Assembly (NCBI GenBank): GCA_002633005.1 | Contig: NMRA01000031.1 | Location: forward strand, 124,001-188,000 | DNA from: Phoronis australis | Taxonomy: Eukaryota; Animalia; Phoronida | DNA length: 64,000 bases | Direction of reading: 5' to 3' | In this document: one piece after another, positions 22,544-36,855 of the stretch | Position numbering within the stretch: the first letter of the stretch is position 1 | Layout: each line of letters starts with the position of its first letter | Notes under the pieces: generated by a model | The model's database searches: none | What the model was told of the DNA's origin: nothing | Seen by the model: only the letters and a program-made list of their open reading frames with translations | Position numbers and translations under genes: made by a program

Positions 22544-23433
22544 TTAAGAAGGCTGAAAGTTCGTAAGTGGCACTCCCTTGAGCATGACCTTTGTTCTTGT
22601 AAACTGACACCAACTGTTTATACATTCCACACATTGATATATTTATTAATCTCCTTTCAAACCTATCGCTACCATTGGTTTTATCATTTGCTTCCAAGTT
22701 CATAATAACACATGCTCACCAAACCTGGGAAAACAGATGGAGTACATAAATATGCAAATACTACGTCGCTAGCAGACATCGTTTTCTCTTCTTGTCCTAA
22801 CAAATTTAGATCGTTGGAGTATAGTTTCACAATAACTCAACACTAACGCTTACAATTTTGTCTTAAGGTAGATTCTCAGGTCAGATCTTTGTAATGTGAA
22901 ATGTAACAGTCATTTCAACAATGCTAGAAGCCTTAATATGTATCATAAGCTCGAAACAAAAAGTAATACGATGGCGTAAATGCGTTGGACATGGATCTTC
23001 TACAGCAGAGGAGACCACACCACCATCTGCTATGAAAAAGTGGAATGTTTAAAGTGTACAGTAAAACCTCACAAACTTCTGAGAAAAAATTACCATAACC
23101 ATCCCTTTTTGAATTTTGAATTAATAAAAGATTCTATCATAGTGGCAAATGACAGAAACTTAAAATGTTACATGGATTTAACTGTGGGACAGAGTTTGAT
23201 GCTACGGTAAAATTGGCATACATTGGATCCAATAGGACTGATCCATTTTATTTGAAAAAGATGAAATTCGATTTACCTCACGGGCAGAGTGAATAAACAA
23301 CATCTGTACAGTGGAACTTTGTTCAGGGCAGACTAAAGATCCGAGATATGCACGTCTCGACTATGCAATTTTACTGTACCCATCTCTGAGTTCTAACAGT
23401 GAGTTTGTATCATATGGTAGGACGGTCACATAC

Positions 23434-23615
23434 CCTAGTCGTCTCCAGCTGTCGTTTCTCTTGGAACAATTTCTTACTCAGATATGTCATCGCTCCGTAG
23501 ACTGCACACCTGGCGGCTAGGCGAGACTTTTCACCCCAGTTAACACCATCCGCCACAATCAAGGTGGCACTATTACGGCGAGCACAAATAGCAAATGAGT
23601 CAGCAATGGGGTCAC
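23434..23615 (-). CDS. CG9801: PP2C-like domain protein (CG9801 family), exon 4 (not in ORF track)
   Basis: TTATTCCAG acceptor and AGG|GTATGT donor; phase 1 in, phase 0 out; GDPIADSFAICARRNSATLIVADGVNWGEKSRLAARCA (PP2C motifs 1-2). Confidence 0.93.
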
Positions 23616-23769
23616 CTGGAATAAGACGGACATAGGAACAGAATGTAGAAGTGATGTATCTTTAGGACAATATATGTGCATACAAACATGTAGATGTGGT
23701 AAACTGCATAATTTGGAACAATCAAATCCGTAGACGAAAGAAGCTCGTAAAGAAAGCTAGTGTAACCAT

Positions 23770-24270
23770 CAGGGCTTGGAATGACCAATGACAAAAAATG
23801 CGGAAACTTTTACGGCCCAAATCATGCCCGCTAACCAACCTTGAAATGGTCAATGTGAACCTTTCCTTCACAAAAATCAGGACTAAAAAAAAAAAAAACG
23901 TTACCACCATCAGTAGCATGCGTCTGCGTCCTTTTAGCTCGCCCGTCCACTCCCAACCCCACACATTTTTGGCTGCAGAGCGGTAGTGTTTGTCGCCGCG
24001 CTTAACAATAACACGAGACGCCATTGAAAATCCCACCACGCTGTCCCAGGTGCCCCGGCAATGTTGACAACTTATGTTCCTCCGAAACATAAAGAGCAAC
24101 TTCCGCTTTTCGAGGTGAACGTCGTCTGCAACGCCACGGTAAGAAAGGAATTTGCCGCGGAAATTTTATATCAAATCCGATTTTTTTACGCGGAAATATT
24201 ATAAAAAAAAGCGGACAGCACATTTGAAAAAAGCGGAAATCCGCGTTTCCGCGGAAAATTCCAAGCCCTG
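23770..24270. mobile_element. hAT-like MITE (501 bp) with a 6-bp TSD
   Basis: Perfect 13-bp TIR CAGGGCTTGGAAT / ATTCCAAGCCCTG; AACCAT on both flanks; subterminal GCGGAAA motifs. Confidence 0.88.
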
Positions 24271-24918
24271 AACCATGTGCTTCGATTGTAATACATGGCA
24301 ATTTATCATGAAATCTTTTGTGATCTTGCGTTCTCAGGAGATTGTCATGTCTACGAAACGCACGCTAGTTTGGGGTGATAAAACTTTTCAGGGAAAGAGT
24401 GAAATTTTCATGATTTTGAAACTCTGAGTTACCAACTACTTTCATTTTTGGCACAAAACTTAGTCGTTTTTCCACAGCCTTATGCTATTTCGCTTTGATT
24501 AGAGGCTATGTTAATGATTAGACAACTTCGTCACTAGTCCGTGGGGCGTATTATTAAAGGTCATAAGTCCACTCTTAGCTAAGACAATTTGCACACAGTT
24601 CATTAACGTAGCTTGAGAAGGCAATTTTTCACAAAATAGTCAGTTGCAGATTTTCACTCAAATATTACGTAGGCAGTCATGTTTACAATAGCATGTCTGA
24701 AATCATTTTAGCTATGGCAGGGTGTGCAGCCTAACAGATCATAAACACCAGTTACGTCACCAGCGTTTTGCCTTTTCTGAATTAGAGGGCAAATATGCCA
24801 GTTTGAAGAGGTTTGATATTTAGACTGACATACAGACGTCTTGCAACTGTATACAAAAGATTTATTTCACACGTCTGATCAGACAAGTGTTCACACAAAA
24901 AAACTGCTAAAGTCTTAC

Positions 24919-25038
24919 CGGACATTTTGCCATTAATAGGGTGCTGATCATAAAGCGAAAGGCAGATTCCATACGCTTTTCTGTTCTTACATGCCCAAGA
25001 GGTGGCGCCAGCAATCTCTGTATCTGATGATCGCGAGT
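24919..25038 (-). CDS. CG9801: PP2C-like domain protein (CG9801 family), exon 3 (not in ORF track)
   Basis: CTCTCTCCTCAG acceptor and G|GTAAG donor; phase 1-1; SRSSDTEIAGATSWACKNRKAYGICLSLYDQHPINGKMS. Confidence 0.88.
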
Positions 25039-26387
25039 CTGAGGAGAGAGCGAGAAATTACGACTGTTCCACAATAACCTGACACTAGAACATGACATCT
25101 CAACTTAAAATGGATTGAATTATGAAAATTTGTTTTCAAAGTGGGCGTATATTCCTAATGGCTGGTATGTAAGTTACAATACCTTCTTGCCATTACTCTC
25201 GGTTTAAAATCATCTCGCTCAAAGTACATCATTTGAAATTTTCCACTCGACAATTTCCAGAGTCTCAGCATAAGTATCAGCGCCTGATCAGGGTCTCGTT
25301 TTAACGTATAATGTAGCATAAACTATGTAATTTATGGGCCTGCTCATGCTTATCCCAAGCCTGCTTCCATAAAATGATAAATTGAAAGATCAAATCACAG
25401 GTTTGCGTGAACACATGACAGTTCACACAGACGACATTCAAATAGACTCATAAGTTCATTAATTTACCACAAAATTACCTTTCGAATGCTCATAGGTTAT
25501 TGCCCACACTAAACCCATTTAGGACAATGTGGTCGACACATGAACTTTTACTTGTAGCACTTTTTGCATGAAACATGTGCAGCACCAAATTCAAAGCATT
25601 TCCATGATCAAGTTTTGTACCACAGCTACCAACAAACAAAGTTACTGGCATTCAAAACAATTATAATATCAGAAGCCCTTGAAAATTTAAAAAGGTTAGT
25701 TTTGACAATTATTTACTTAGTCCCATTCTTACACCTTACCTGTTTAATTCATTTTATTGAGTTATAAATACTTTCAATATTCAGTATCATCACGTTTCTT
25801 AGTTAATTTTTGATCGTCTTCGTCAAATATTTATTTTCTAAATTCTCAACCTGTTTTGACTGTTTCTTTGTTACGTGTGTTTAACTATTGTTCAACTACT
25901 TCATAGTATTGCATTGCTGCTTTATTTTTTGTTGTTGAGGGCCCTCTTGGAAAGCAGTGCTGTCACTGAAAAGACCACCCTCATTTTAAATATTACAATA
26001 AATAACACTAAAAATTTTGTTTGAAAATTGGTGATTTTACAGTATACGGTGATGAAGATGCAACCTTGCCGCTCGTGGAAAGAGAACCTCCGGAGTAACC
26101 AGGCGAACTAAGATGTATCTTAAATGGGAGAGTGCATGTAGATTTGAACAAATGCCCATATGCTTGAGAGAAGTTGGTAGAATTGAAAACTGAGTCTTTA
26201 CTTAGATGTTTTGTACAGTGAGCCATGTTTGACTACACAGTTTCTGTACTTGTCTGAAAATTTAACCCCGTTACAATGATCTTGGTGACAAGTGTACTTA
26301 ACATCTTGTTACTTGGTCAAACTAGAACACAACCAGGATTCTTATGAACAAAATAACCATAAATTGTATTTCTCCTCGGAGAATTAC

Positions 26388-26563
26388 CTATGATAGTCTT
26401 GCCGGTCTCCGCAAAGACTAGCCCTGAGTCAGGCCCGGAGTAGGAGGCGAATATCTCTGGCGATAGCAGGTAGGAGGCAATCTGTTCACTCGGGACGTCC
26501 TCCGCTGTGCGGCCATTCCAGACGTCATTCTTGTAGATATGTCGTGGTGCAGCGGGCGTATCT
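26388..26563 (-). CDS. CG9801: PP2C-like domain protein (CG9801 family), exon 2
   Basis: TTTGTTGTAG acceptor and AG|GTAATT donor; phase 2 in, phase 1 out; DTPAAPRHIYKNDVWNG...FASYSGPDSGL. Confidence 0.82.
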
Positions 26564-29151
26564 CTACAACAAACACAGCTGATGTGTTTTAAAGTCATGC
26601 AGATGGGAAACATGTAAGACGATAACATCTTACCTGATAACCGTAGACAAATTATACAAAAATGGTGCCAGTCTCTACAAATACTTGTTATAATAAACAC
26701 TGGAAATTTAGACCTTGAAAAAAATATTTTCCCCACTTGGTTGTGTCTGTAATTTTACAAAGCAATACAATTATTCAGAAAATGTAAATGAAGTGAAATT
26801 ATACAATAAGCCTTGTACGGATTCTAAAACAAAAAGATCTTACAGCCAAACCTGAGAACCTTTTATAATTTTCCAGTAGTGACATGTATATGAGAAACAT
26901 TTTTACCTATGCAGTATTTTGCATGAAAGTGAAGCCTCTCTCTAATTACCTAGAGGGCAGGTGTTCTCATGTCTCACATGAAGAACTGTAAACGGAACTA
27001 CACTGCCCTCTATCTGTCGAGGAAGAAACTTCAATTAAGGTCAAACTGTCTGAAGCATACCTCAACACACCATAAAAAATCTTCCATTTTAGTCATAATT
27101 GTGAACTTAATGAGTAAGTAGTTATTAATCGCAAAGTATAGCATAATAAAACGACACTGGCAAAGAGTGATAACAAATACATTTCTGATTACAAAAACAG
27201 GCAAAAACAGTCATACAAGAAACAATTTAAATTTTCTTTGACATAGACAAAATTACTCTACTCATTAACAATGCCTAAAATGTTAATTTCAGGCCAATTG
27301 CAAAGCATACAGAAATAAGCACACTACAATTATGAAATTACAATTCAAATGAATGCCATAAAATAGTTAAGTTGGTCACAGATAATTTAAGAGCTGTAAT
27401 GGCCTTGTCACACCAAACTCATTCTCAGAACATCAGCGACCCCTCTTGACAACTTGGTGAAACGGAATGAAGATGGGTGGAAATGACAAGCTTTGTTCAA
27501 AGTATGCATCGAGTATCACACAGCCCACGGCGTACTTATTCATACACAAAGTTCATTTGGTTCGTTCATCTAGTTTTCTCATTCTTGAGACTGTACTAAG
27601 AACTGCTTCGGTGTGGCATGGCCTTCCAAACGTTTAATAACGATTCTAAGAGACTACAGTTTAGTGGCAATACAGTCGAAATTAAAGACATTTCTAAACT
27701 ATGAACACATGTCCATGAAATAGTCAATAATTATGTTACTGAAATAAAAAAGGAAATTATTAAGAGAATCAAAATAAACATAATAAAAAGGGAGCACTAC
27801 TATGAGATCTGTACGAAGCAAGATGGCAAACATAATATTCACTGTTTGATGGCATGTCGCCAGAAAGCCATTACAAAGCACAGGATGTAACTGGCTTGTG
27901 CCACACGTCAGCAAAAGTCTGATAATTCAAAAAGACCTCTGAGCATGACCTCGCATAGCACTTGATGACCTACGGGGAATATGCTTATCATTGCGGTAGT
28001 TGCCATAACAACAACTTCACTGGGCAAAAATGATTGATGTAACAACAGCGACACAATGAAGTTACTCAAAAGCTTTTTTCGTTTTCAATATTTCCAGCAT
28101 TGCTGTCATCAGTGACAGTCCTGAGAATCTGTTCTGTGACTTAAATGTAACACAGTTGCACAGTTGTTTACATAGACTATAGAAAGTATGGGATTCTGCT
28201 CTGGACCTTATGGTGCAGGATTAGTACATTTTATCTGATATGTAGTCTTGGCTAATTTCATTGTCATTAGACAATAGACTGACCATTGGGTCCATTCAAA
28301 ATGAGAGGTCTGCACCTTACCCCCCTCCATTGTATGAATTAAGAACTAGATTTTGATGATGTACTTCCTGCTTGTCCATGACCATACAAATGCCTCCATG
28401 AGAAAGTCTCCCATTCAAGAAATACCACCTTTTTGTATATCCAAGGATTCCTGGACAGGTGATTTTAACCCAACAAGACTAAACGGGACAAGAAGAGATC
28501 CCGTGCTGTCAAAAATATGTACGGTATATGCAACAAAAGTTGCCAAAAATATAAAACCTCTTCTGTAGATTTATGAAGTTGGAAAAGGAAATCCAAATTG
28601 AACCTCTAGTATTATAGTCTACCGGCCCAGTCTGGTGCCTGAGTGAGATCCCGGATTAGGCTTCTGACAACTGACCACTTGCTTTCATTCAGTTTCAATG
28701 GGCCAGTTGTTGTCAGCCTAATTTGAACCAATGGAGACTTCGTTGACGATGCTGACACCTTTTTACAAACTGGTCGCTAGTTTTTTAAACCGGTCATGAA
28801 ACCTTTGAACAGGTCGGGAGTATGGCCAAACCGGTCGCTGCGTCGCTGTGACATGTTAAAAGCGGCCATGGTAAACACAGCGAAGGAGACCTCTTTTGAC
28901 GTGAAATTTGTCAGAAAAGACATCATTACACGGGCAAAGTGGTTTTGAAAGCCATTAATTTGAGTGCCATGTCTCCCATTGGAGTACCCAGTAGCAGGGT
29001 ACCATATGGGTGGATAAAATCTCTGTTTTGCTGTGTAATTTATGTGCTGAAAATCTTTAGAAACAAAATTGTAAGTCTGTCATAAGAAGTCGGGGGAAAA
29101 ACTCACTCAAGAGTTATGATCAAATCAATAATGATCACAAAGCCCTTGCTA

Positions 29152-32100
29152 ACAGTTCACACTTACTAAAAATCAATGTGAATAAGAATATTGAAGTCAT
29201 GTCAGACACAACATCTGGCCATATGACTACAAAGACAACAGACCCACTGAGCTGTGCATGACTGGCTTCAATTAGTTGTGTGAAAATATCAAGGGGCAAA
29301 AAATCCCTGAAACAGCCATAATGTGAGTGACATTTCACAAACAGCAATATTTGCAGAGATTGGCAACTGAAAGCTACATTTTGCTCCCTTTACCAGGCCA
29401 AAAACAAAAATCAAATTACCTGTAGGTCATTTACCCTCAAGAAGTTGGTTTCATTACCATTACCGACTCAATTCACAGGCAATGAGTACTTGCGCCCATT
29501 TTGAATTCGCAGTTTTGCCGCTTTCCCACCAACGCCACAACTGTTTTTGCAGTTTCGGTAAGTGGGAAAGCCTTATTCCCAGACCTAAATAGCCTTCACA
29601 ACTTCCCTCAAAATAGGTGGCCTAAACTGCAGAGTTCTGCAGCTCCACTGGGAGTAATCACTACAGGTTGCGACATGCAACACACTTATCCAATCGAAAG
29701 TGCGAATCAACAGCGCCATCTAGTGTTTAATCCTTAGCACTAGCGTTCACTCCAATGTCACTACCATCAAAGCGTTCGTGGGAAAGGTTAGGAAAGTTAG
29801 GATGGAATTGTGAGAGACCATCTGAAATTTCACTAATGGGAAAGGAATATTTGGGGTCGGGGAACCCCAATAATTTATGAATCTTTTTCTTGAGACACCC
29901 ACAGTACCCACAGTTTCTATGCTCTTATTCGTTATGGAAATGGGAACATACCATGGTAAGGAATATGTTATGAAACCAAATTTAAATGAGAGTAAAATGC
30001 CCGATTTGATTTTCGATTGTCAGCCAGCTTAACAGGGTGGAATTCAGTTTTAATGTCGAAAATATGGCACTTGTAAAAGACTTTAAAATCCAAAGATAAA
30101 TACAATCTACCACCATGTTGTACCATAAAACAATAAAAGGACAATTTGCCGAAAACATGGCTGAACGAATTATCCCTTTCCTGCGTCCTCAGAAATTGTG
30201 TCCGATTTTTATAGAGATTAGCTCCAGAGGATAAAATTGAAATGGTCCCTCAGTCCCTTACTAAATTCTGACCTCCCTCAGCAAATCATTCTAACAATGA
30301 CAAGTGCAGAAATCATTTGTTCACAAGTAGGTATACAATGAACAACCATTACATACATTGTATCAACTCAACCAATTGAAGCTACACTGATGACTGGCCA
30401 TGAATCATACATATTGATCTACACTCACAGACACTGCCATTAATCATCACATATCCACAATTAGCACCAGACAAAAAAATTGTCTAAAATTATGAATAAG
30501 CAAGTAAGGCTGTTCGTAATCAACATTCGCTACTTGCTTGGAAAATCATTTTACATGGGATTGGTTCTGTACACCTAAAAGATGACAAATGACAAGCTGG
30601 ATTAGGAAGAACGTGTTCATTGGCTCCTTCAGACCACCAGCATTTCCTTATGTCCACCATCCTGTATCAACAGGATTTCCCTAATTTTCAGTAGTTTGAA
30701 ACCAAGGAACATCAGATGTGCATTTCGTGAGCAATGTACAGAATTGTACCAAATAGGATATTTTCAAATTTTCTACAACTAATATTCATGTGTTCTGAAG
30801 TCTCCTTAACCCTAACTCCAACCCCCAACCCCAACCCCAACCCTCATAAAGTACAATCCTGTGGCATCGCCACTTTAAGTAACTTATAAAACGAGATAGC
30901 TAATGATAAAAAATCTATACTGTTGAAATATTAAATGAGTTAACTATCAATATTGAGAACTACAGTATATATTTATGTTGTATTGTAACTGAAACATAAT
31001 GATAACCGCCACAAACATTTTTAACTTCGGCTAATCTTTCTCAATTTTACGTTTCACTGATTCCGTCACAACCAGACACAAACCAGACATTTTACAGCTT
31101 TGTAAAGCCACATATCTCACAAAAACGCAAGTGCTACAAAAAACATGTTTGGTGATTCAAAGAAAAACACGTTGATATTTTTTATGACTAACAATTCAGA
31201 GAAGTGACTTCACCAGGAGTAAACTGCAACTGTTCCGTTCCAGGTACAATGCACCAGCACTTTTTGATACTTCGCTCTTGGTATGGGTCATTTTCACTCA
31301 TCAACAAGACTTGTTAAAGGATGTGCATATGACAGCAGCTTGTTCTCTTCTGGTAATTGACCACAAAATATGGCACACACCATGTACNACAGTTCACACT
31401 TACTAAAAATCAATGTGAATAAGAATATTGAAGTCACATTAGACACAACATCTGGCCATATGACTACAAAGACAACAGACCCACTGAGCTGTGCATGACT
31501 GGCTTCAATTAGTTGTGTGAAAATATCAAGGGGCAAAAAATCCCTGAAACAGCCATAATGTGAGTGACATTTCACAAACAGCAATATTTGCAGAGATTGG
31601 CAACTGAAAGCTACAATTTGCTTCCTTTAGCAGGCCAAAAACAAAAATCAAATTACCTGTAGGTCATTTACCCTCAAGAAGGTGGTTTCATTACCATTAC
31701 CGACTCAATTCACAGGCAATGAGTACTTGCGCCCATTTTGAATTCGCAGTTTTGCCGCTTTCCCACCAACGCCACAACTGTTTTTGCAGTTTCGGTAAGT
31801 GGGAAAGCCTTATTCCCAGACCTAAATAGCCTTTACAACTTCCCTCAAAATAGGTGGACTAAACTGCAGAGTTCTGCAGCTCCACTGGGAGTAATCACTA
31901 CAGGTCGCGACTTGCAACACACTTATCCAATCGAAAGTGCGAATCAACAGCGCCATCTAGTGTTTAATCCTTAGAACTAGCGTTCACTCCAATGTCACTA
32001 CCAGCAAAGCGTTCGTGGGAAAGGTTAGGAAAGTTAGGATGGAATTGTGAGAGACCGACTGAAATTTCACTAATGGGAAAGGAATATTTGGGGTTGGGGA

Positions 32101-33628
32101 TCCCCAATAATTTATGAATCTTTTTCTTGAGACAGCCATAGTACCCATAGTTTCTATGCTCTTATTCGTTATGGAAATGGGAACATACCATGGTAAGGAA
32201 TATGTTATGAGACCAAATTTAAATGAGAGTAAAATGTCCGATTTGATTTTCGATTGTCAGCCAGCTTAACAAGGTGGAATTCAGTTTTAATGTCGAAAAT
32301 ATGGCACTTGTAAAAGACTTTAAAATCCAAAGATAAATACAATCTACCACCATGTTGTACCGTAAAACAATAAAAGGACAATTTGCCGAAAACGTGGCTG
32401 AACGAATTATCCCTTTCCTGCGTCCTCAGAAATTGTGTCCGATTTTTATAGAGATTAGCTCCAGAGGATAAAATTGAAATGGTCCCTCAGTCCATTACTA
32501 AATTCTGATGTCTAACCTCCCTCAGCAAATCATTCTAACAATGGCAAGTGCAGAAATCATTTGTTAACAAGTAGGTATACAATGAACAACCATTACATAC
32601 ATTGTATCAACTCAACCAATTGAAGCTACACTGATGACTGGCCATGAATCATACATATTGATCTACACTCACAGACACTGCCATTAATCACCACATATCC
32701 GTAATTAGCACCCAACAGAAAAAATTGTCTAAAATTATGAATAAGCAAGTAAGGCTGTTCGTAATCAACATTCGCTACTTGCTTGGAAAATCATTTTCCA
32801 TGGGATTGGTTCTGTACACCTAAAAGATGACAAATGACAAGCTGGATTAGGAAGAACATGTTCATTGGCTCCTTCAGACCACCAGCATTTCCTTGTGTCC
32901 ATCATCCTGTATCAACAGGATTTCCTTAATTTTCAGTAGTTTGAAACCAAGGAACGTTAGATGTGCATTTCGCGAGCAATGTACAGAATTGTACCAAACA
33001 GGATATTTTCAAATTTTCTACAACTAATATTAATGTGTTCTGAAGTCTCCTTAACCCTAACTCTAACCCCCAACCCCAACCCTCATAAGGTACAATCCTG
33101 TGGGCCATCGCCACTTTAAGTAACTTATAAAACGAGATGGCTAATGATAAAAAATCTATACTGTTGAAATATTAAATGAGTTAACTATCAATATTGAGAA
33201 CTACAGTATATATTTATGTTGTATTGTAACTGAAACATAATGATAACCGCCACAAACATTTTTAACTTCGGCTAATCTTTCTCAATTTTACGTTTCACTG
33301 ATTCCGTCACAACCAGACACAAACCAGACATTTTACAGCTTTGTAAAGCCACATATCTCACAAAAACGCAAGTGCTACAAAAAACATGTTTGGTGATTCA
33401 AAGAAAAACACGTTGATATTTTTTATGACTAACAATTCAGAGAAGTGACTTCACCAGGAGTAAACTGCAACTGTTCCGTTCCAGGTACAATGCACCAGCA
33501 CTTTTTGATACTTCGCTCTTGGTATGGGTCATTTTCACTCATCAACAAGACTTGTTAAAGGATGTGCATATGACAGCAGCTTGTTCTCTTCTGGTAATTG
33601 ACCACAAAATATGGCACACACCATGTAC
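29152..33628. repeat. 2.24-kb near-identical tandem duplication (29152-31387 and 31389-33628) joined at a single N; probably an uncollapsed haplotype
   Basis: Both copies start ACAGTTCACACTTACT and end CACACCATGTAC with scattered SNPs/indels; junction N at 31388. Confidence 0.9.
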
Positions 33629-36099
33629 CACTTTATCTACACTGTCTACCACAATAATTTTTTTCTGACTTACGAAATTAAATCAGTACTTTTGCAACCC
33701 AAACGTACACATACCGTAATCAATTATGAAAAGTGAACACAATAAACCTTTTTACCAACCAACCTAACCATCCCATAAGGGGCAGCAGGAGAAAAGCAAC
33801 CAGGAAATTTCAAAGATGGCCTAATCTCACATTAGTAACAGCCAGTAATTCTCTGTTCATAACAAGGAAAACTACTGTGTATATTTATATAAATTACAAC
33901 AAAACTGCCTTCAATACACCAGTTTGAAATGAACAACGGATCCTTGGACCATTTACGGTACTTCGGTACTTCGGATCCTTGGACCATTTACTTCGCAGCC
34001 CAAACATGTCATAAGCTGTTCTACTGGCATATGACTTGACAGATGTTATTGTACTTTGGTCTGAATGTTATCCAAACACAATCATTAATGCATGACATGG
34101 CATGCTCCAAGTTAATACAAACTTGGTTTTATGAATCAAAACTCATGCTAGGTTCACCTGAGCGCTAAAAATATTAGCAGTTTCACTAACTATAACACTA
34201 GCGAAAACACAAGCTACGAGCTGTCCACGAAGGGGTAAATTTCGGCAGCTGTTGAGTTAGATTCTCACAACGTGAATCAGTTTTACAGGAAATTGAAGTC
34301 AAAACACATTCGCTCTCTCCCATCAAGTGATTTAATGCGACGATAAATAAAAAGGCCGCTTCTCCCTGCGTATGCGCCTCCTTAGAAATAAGCCATCTGA
34401 CAAAAGTGCAAGTGAAAATAGTTGCAGTTTTGAGGCGACTCAAATCTCCAGTAAAACAACAGAAAAGGTGACTCTTGTCACCGGCCACATGACTGATGAT
34501 TTTTGCAACTAGTGAAAAAGCTAGTGAAAACGTTAGCATTTTAGCTACTATGAGAATAGGCGAGGTGCGGATTTCACCCATATTACAAAAAGTCATGCTC
34601 ATCAGCTCATCAAAACAATTACATAGCAAGCAAAGGGCATTCTTTTTGATAAGCTAGACAAGGCATTGGTGTCCTCTATATCTTCTGTTCTGACCTTATC
34701 AGGTAATTCAAATAAATCAGCATCTGTGACGCTCAGTGAGCTCAGTGATTATTTTTGGAGTAATTATGAGCAGACCACAGTTCAGAAATAATTCATAGCA
34801 ATTATCTCAATAACTAGCAGTTAGGTGTATCTCAGAGACAGTACGGTACACTCCTGCTCAAGTGAGATTAAATTTGTTTTCAGAAAGAGTTGTGTGGAAT
34901 GTAAGACCAAAGTTTTGGCTGTTGTCACAAGTCACTTTTCAAGCTCTAAAAGTAGATTTGTTATACTGTGTAATATGCACGAAGCATACTTCAAGGAATT
35001 ATGGGTAACGAACTGTCAGTTCTTTGCAAACTGAGATGTCACTTCTTATTTGAGAAAGGAGCAAGTGGAGACCAATTTCACGACTTGATAGAATTTGGGT
35101 TAAGCTGCTCTAAATGTGACACAGCTGCCTTTTTCTAACAAGATCTAAATGTGCTAATACTAAGCTCTGATATCTCTAGGTTTAGGTCAGTGATGAATTA
35201 CCATTCAACAATGTTTTGACACAAGGATTTAGATGTTTGGACTGGGTTGGTAAAGTAATGTTTTTATTGCATGGCAGAACTCAAACATAAATTGTGAAAG
35301 CTTATAATGAAGGAGTCCCAAGACACACAGACAGACACACATGACTGTAGCAGACAGAAGTACTATACAGTTACACTGGTATCCAGCAATAAGTGTGACA
35401 TGGGAATTTCGGCACGTCTTCTGATACCAAAGACATGGCTAATTTCAACTTGCCATTATGAAAACTAAGCTGAGGAATGCAATTTAAATAAAAGTGCTCT
35501 GAAAAGATACACAAAGAATGAAGAACTTAGAACTAAGGCAACAAGGAACAGAAGAACACCAATGACAACCAATACACTGTTGATAACACTCGCACTGATA
35601 ACAAAAGCGAAGATGCCATCAGCTACTAAATGACACTGATGTCGACATAACTAAAAGGAGGCAAGACTGCCAATAAGGACGAGGATGTAACAACGCCGCT
35701 TAAACTGATGACGATGACAGTCTACTGACGATGGTTCTGGTTAGATAAACCCCAGTTTTGAGTTTCCATTTTGGATTTCCATACACATGATACCAACATG
35801 GTTCCAGAATTTTAAAATGATATGTTAAACAAAATTTTGCAACAAAAACACAGTATTGTGCAACAGATACTGGTGTTCCTGGACGATCTTTCTGCTGCTA
35901 ACACCATCAAAAATGCAACTGGCAATGACAACAACACGAGCAATGCTGGTCAGGACTATGGCCTCACAACTGAGTAAAATTCATGTATATCGGAACAAAA
36001 ATGTGGTGTGTACTGTGCATAGTGCTAAACCAACAGTAGAGCAGTGAGAAATCATTCAGTAAAAGAACAGTCATCAGGTTGAAATATCAAATAACTCGA

Positions 36100-36855
36100 G
36101 CACGGTAATTTGTCAAATAGCTCTTGACAGACCATCTACATGCCAAATTTCAGAGAGATACGCCAAGGGATGCCAGAGGTATGCCACGGCAAGAAAAATC
36201 AATCAATGAAAGAAAAGTCATTGGAAAATCTCAAACAAATGAAGAACAGTATGCTATATCGAAAAAAGGAGAGCACATATATAGATAGCTCTTAACAAGA
36301 TCTATCTACACTCAACTTCCTTCAAAACATTTTCTCAAAGGACACCTGAGCAACAGCTCTTTGAAGAAGAACTTCAAATAGTGGCCATCATAGCACCATC
36401 TTTGCCCCAAAACAACAAGACCCAAGGTTTTATTAATGAGATAGACATTGCATTGAAAACGAACAATCAACCAATCAGTTATTCTAAAAATTTTGAGAAC
36501 GGTACGCTGGACCAATATTGATCCCTAGGTTGGAGCAACAAACTGATGGCTTATTAAAGATAGTCCTTGCCAAGATCTGTCAACATGCCAAATTTCAGAA
36601 GCATCCTTCAAAGGATGGTGGTGCTAGATGTCCACAAAGCGAAAATTCAAAAAACAATTGTAACAGCACCGCAGCACCTTTGGTCCGATTTCACCCAAGA
36701 ACAAAAGGCCTCGAGCTTTTAACGAGATACATGTTGTGTGCGAATTTCATATCCATCTGACAGAAAATGCGACCTATAGCTTACAAACCAACAAACAAAA
36801 ACTTCACAACAAAGCAACACACTTAGAAAAAATACTTTTCACCAAATGTTATATT
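36100..36855 (+). mobile_element. Helentron/DINE-1-like non-autonomous element (tentative)
   Basis: Internal degenerate repeats (ATAGCTCTT.ACAAGATC...ACATGCCAAATTTCAG), an (AAAC)-like tract and a weak terminal hairpin. Confidence 0.4.

Noticed and set aside
29416-29730. Alternative first micro-exon (ATG ACC TAC AG|GTAATT, phase 2) of the phosphatase gene with a nearby CTCF-like site
   Set aside because: Adjacent sequence recurs in diverged form near 39600, so it is probably transposon-derived; the phase match can be chance.
29152-33628. 2.24-kb tandem duplication as a real segmental duplication
   Set aside because: The junction is a single N and the differences look allele-level, typical of uncollapsed contig overlap; read depth or long reads would settle it.
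35480-35960. Possible second spacer-like array or coding low-complexity tract
   Set aside because: A/C-rich degenerate trinucleotide-like sequence with no constant anchor motif or long frame.
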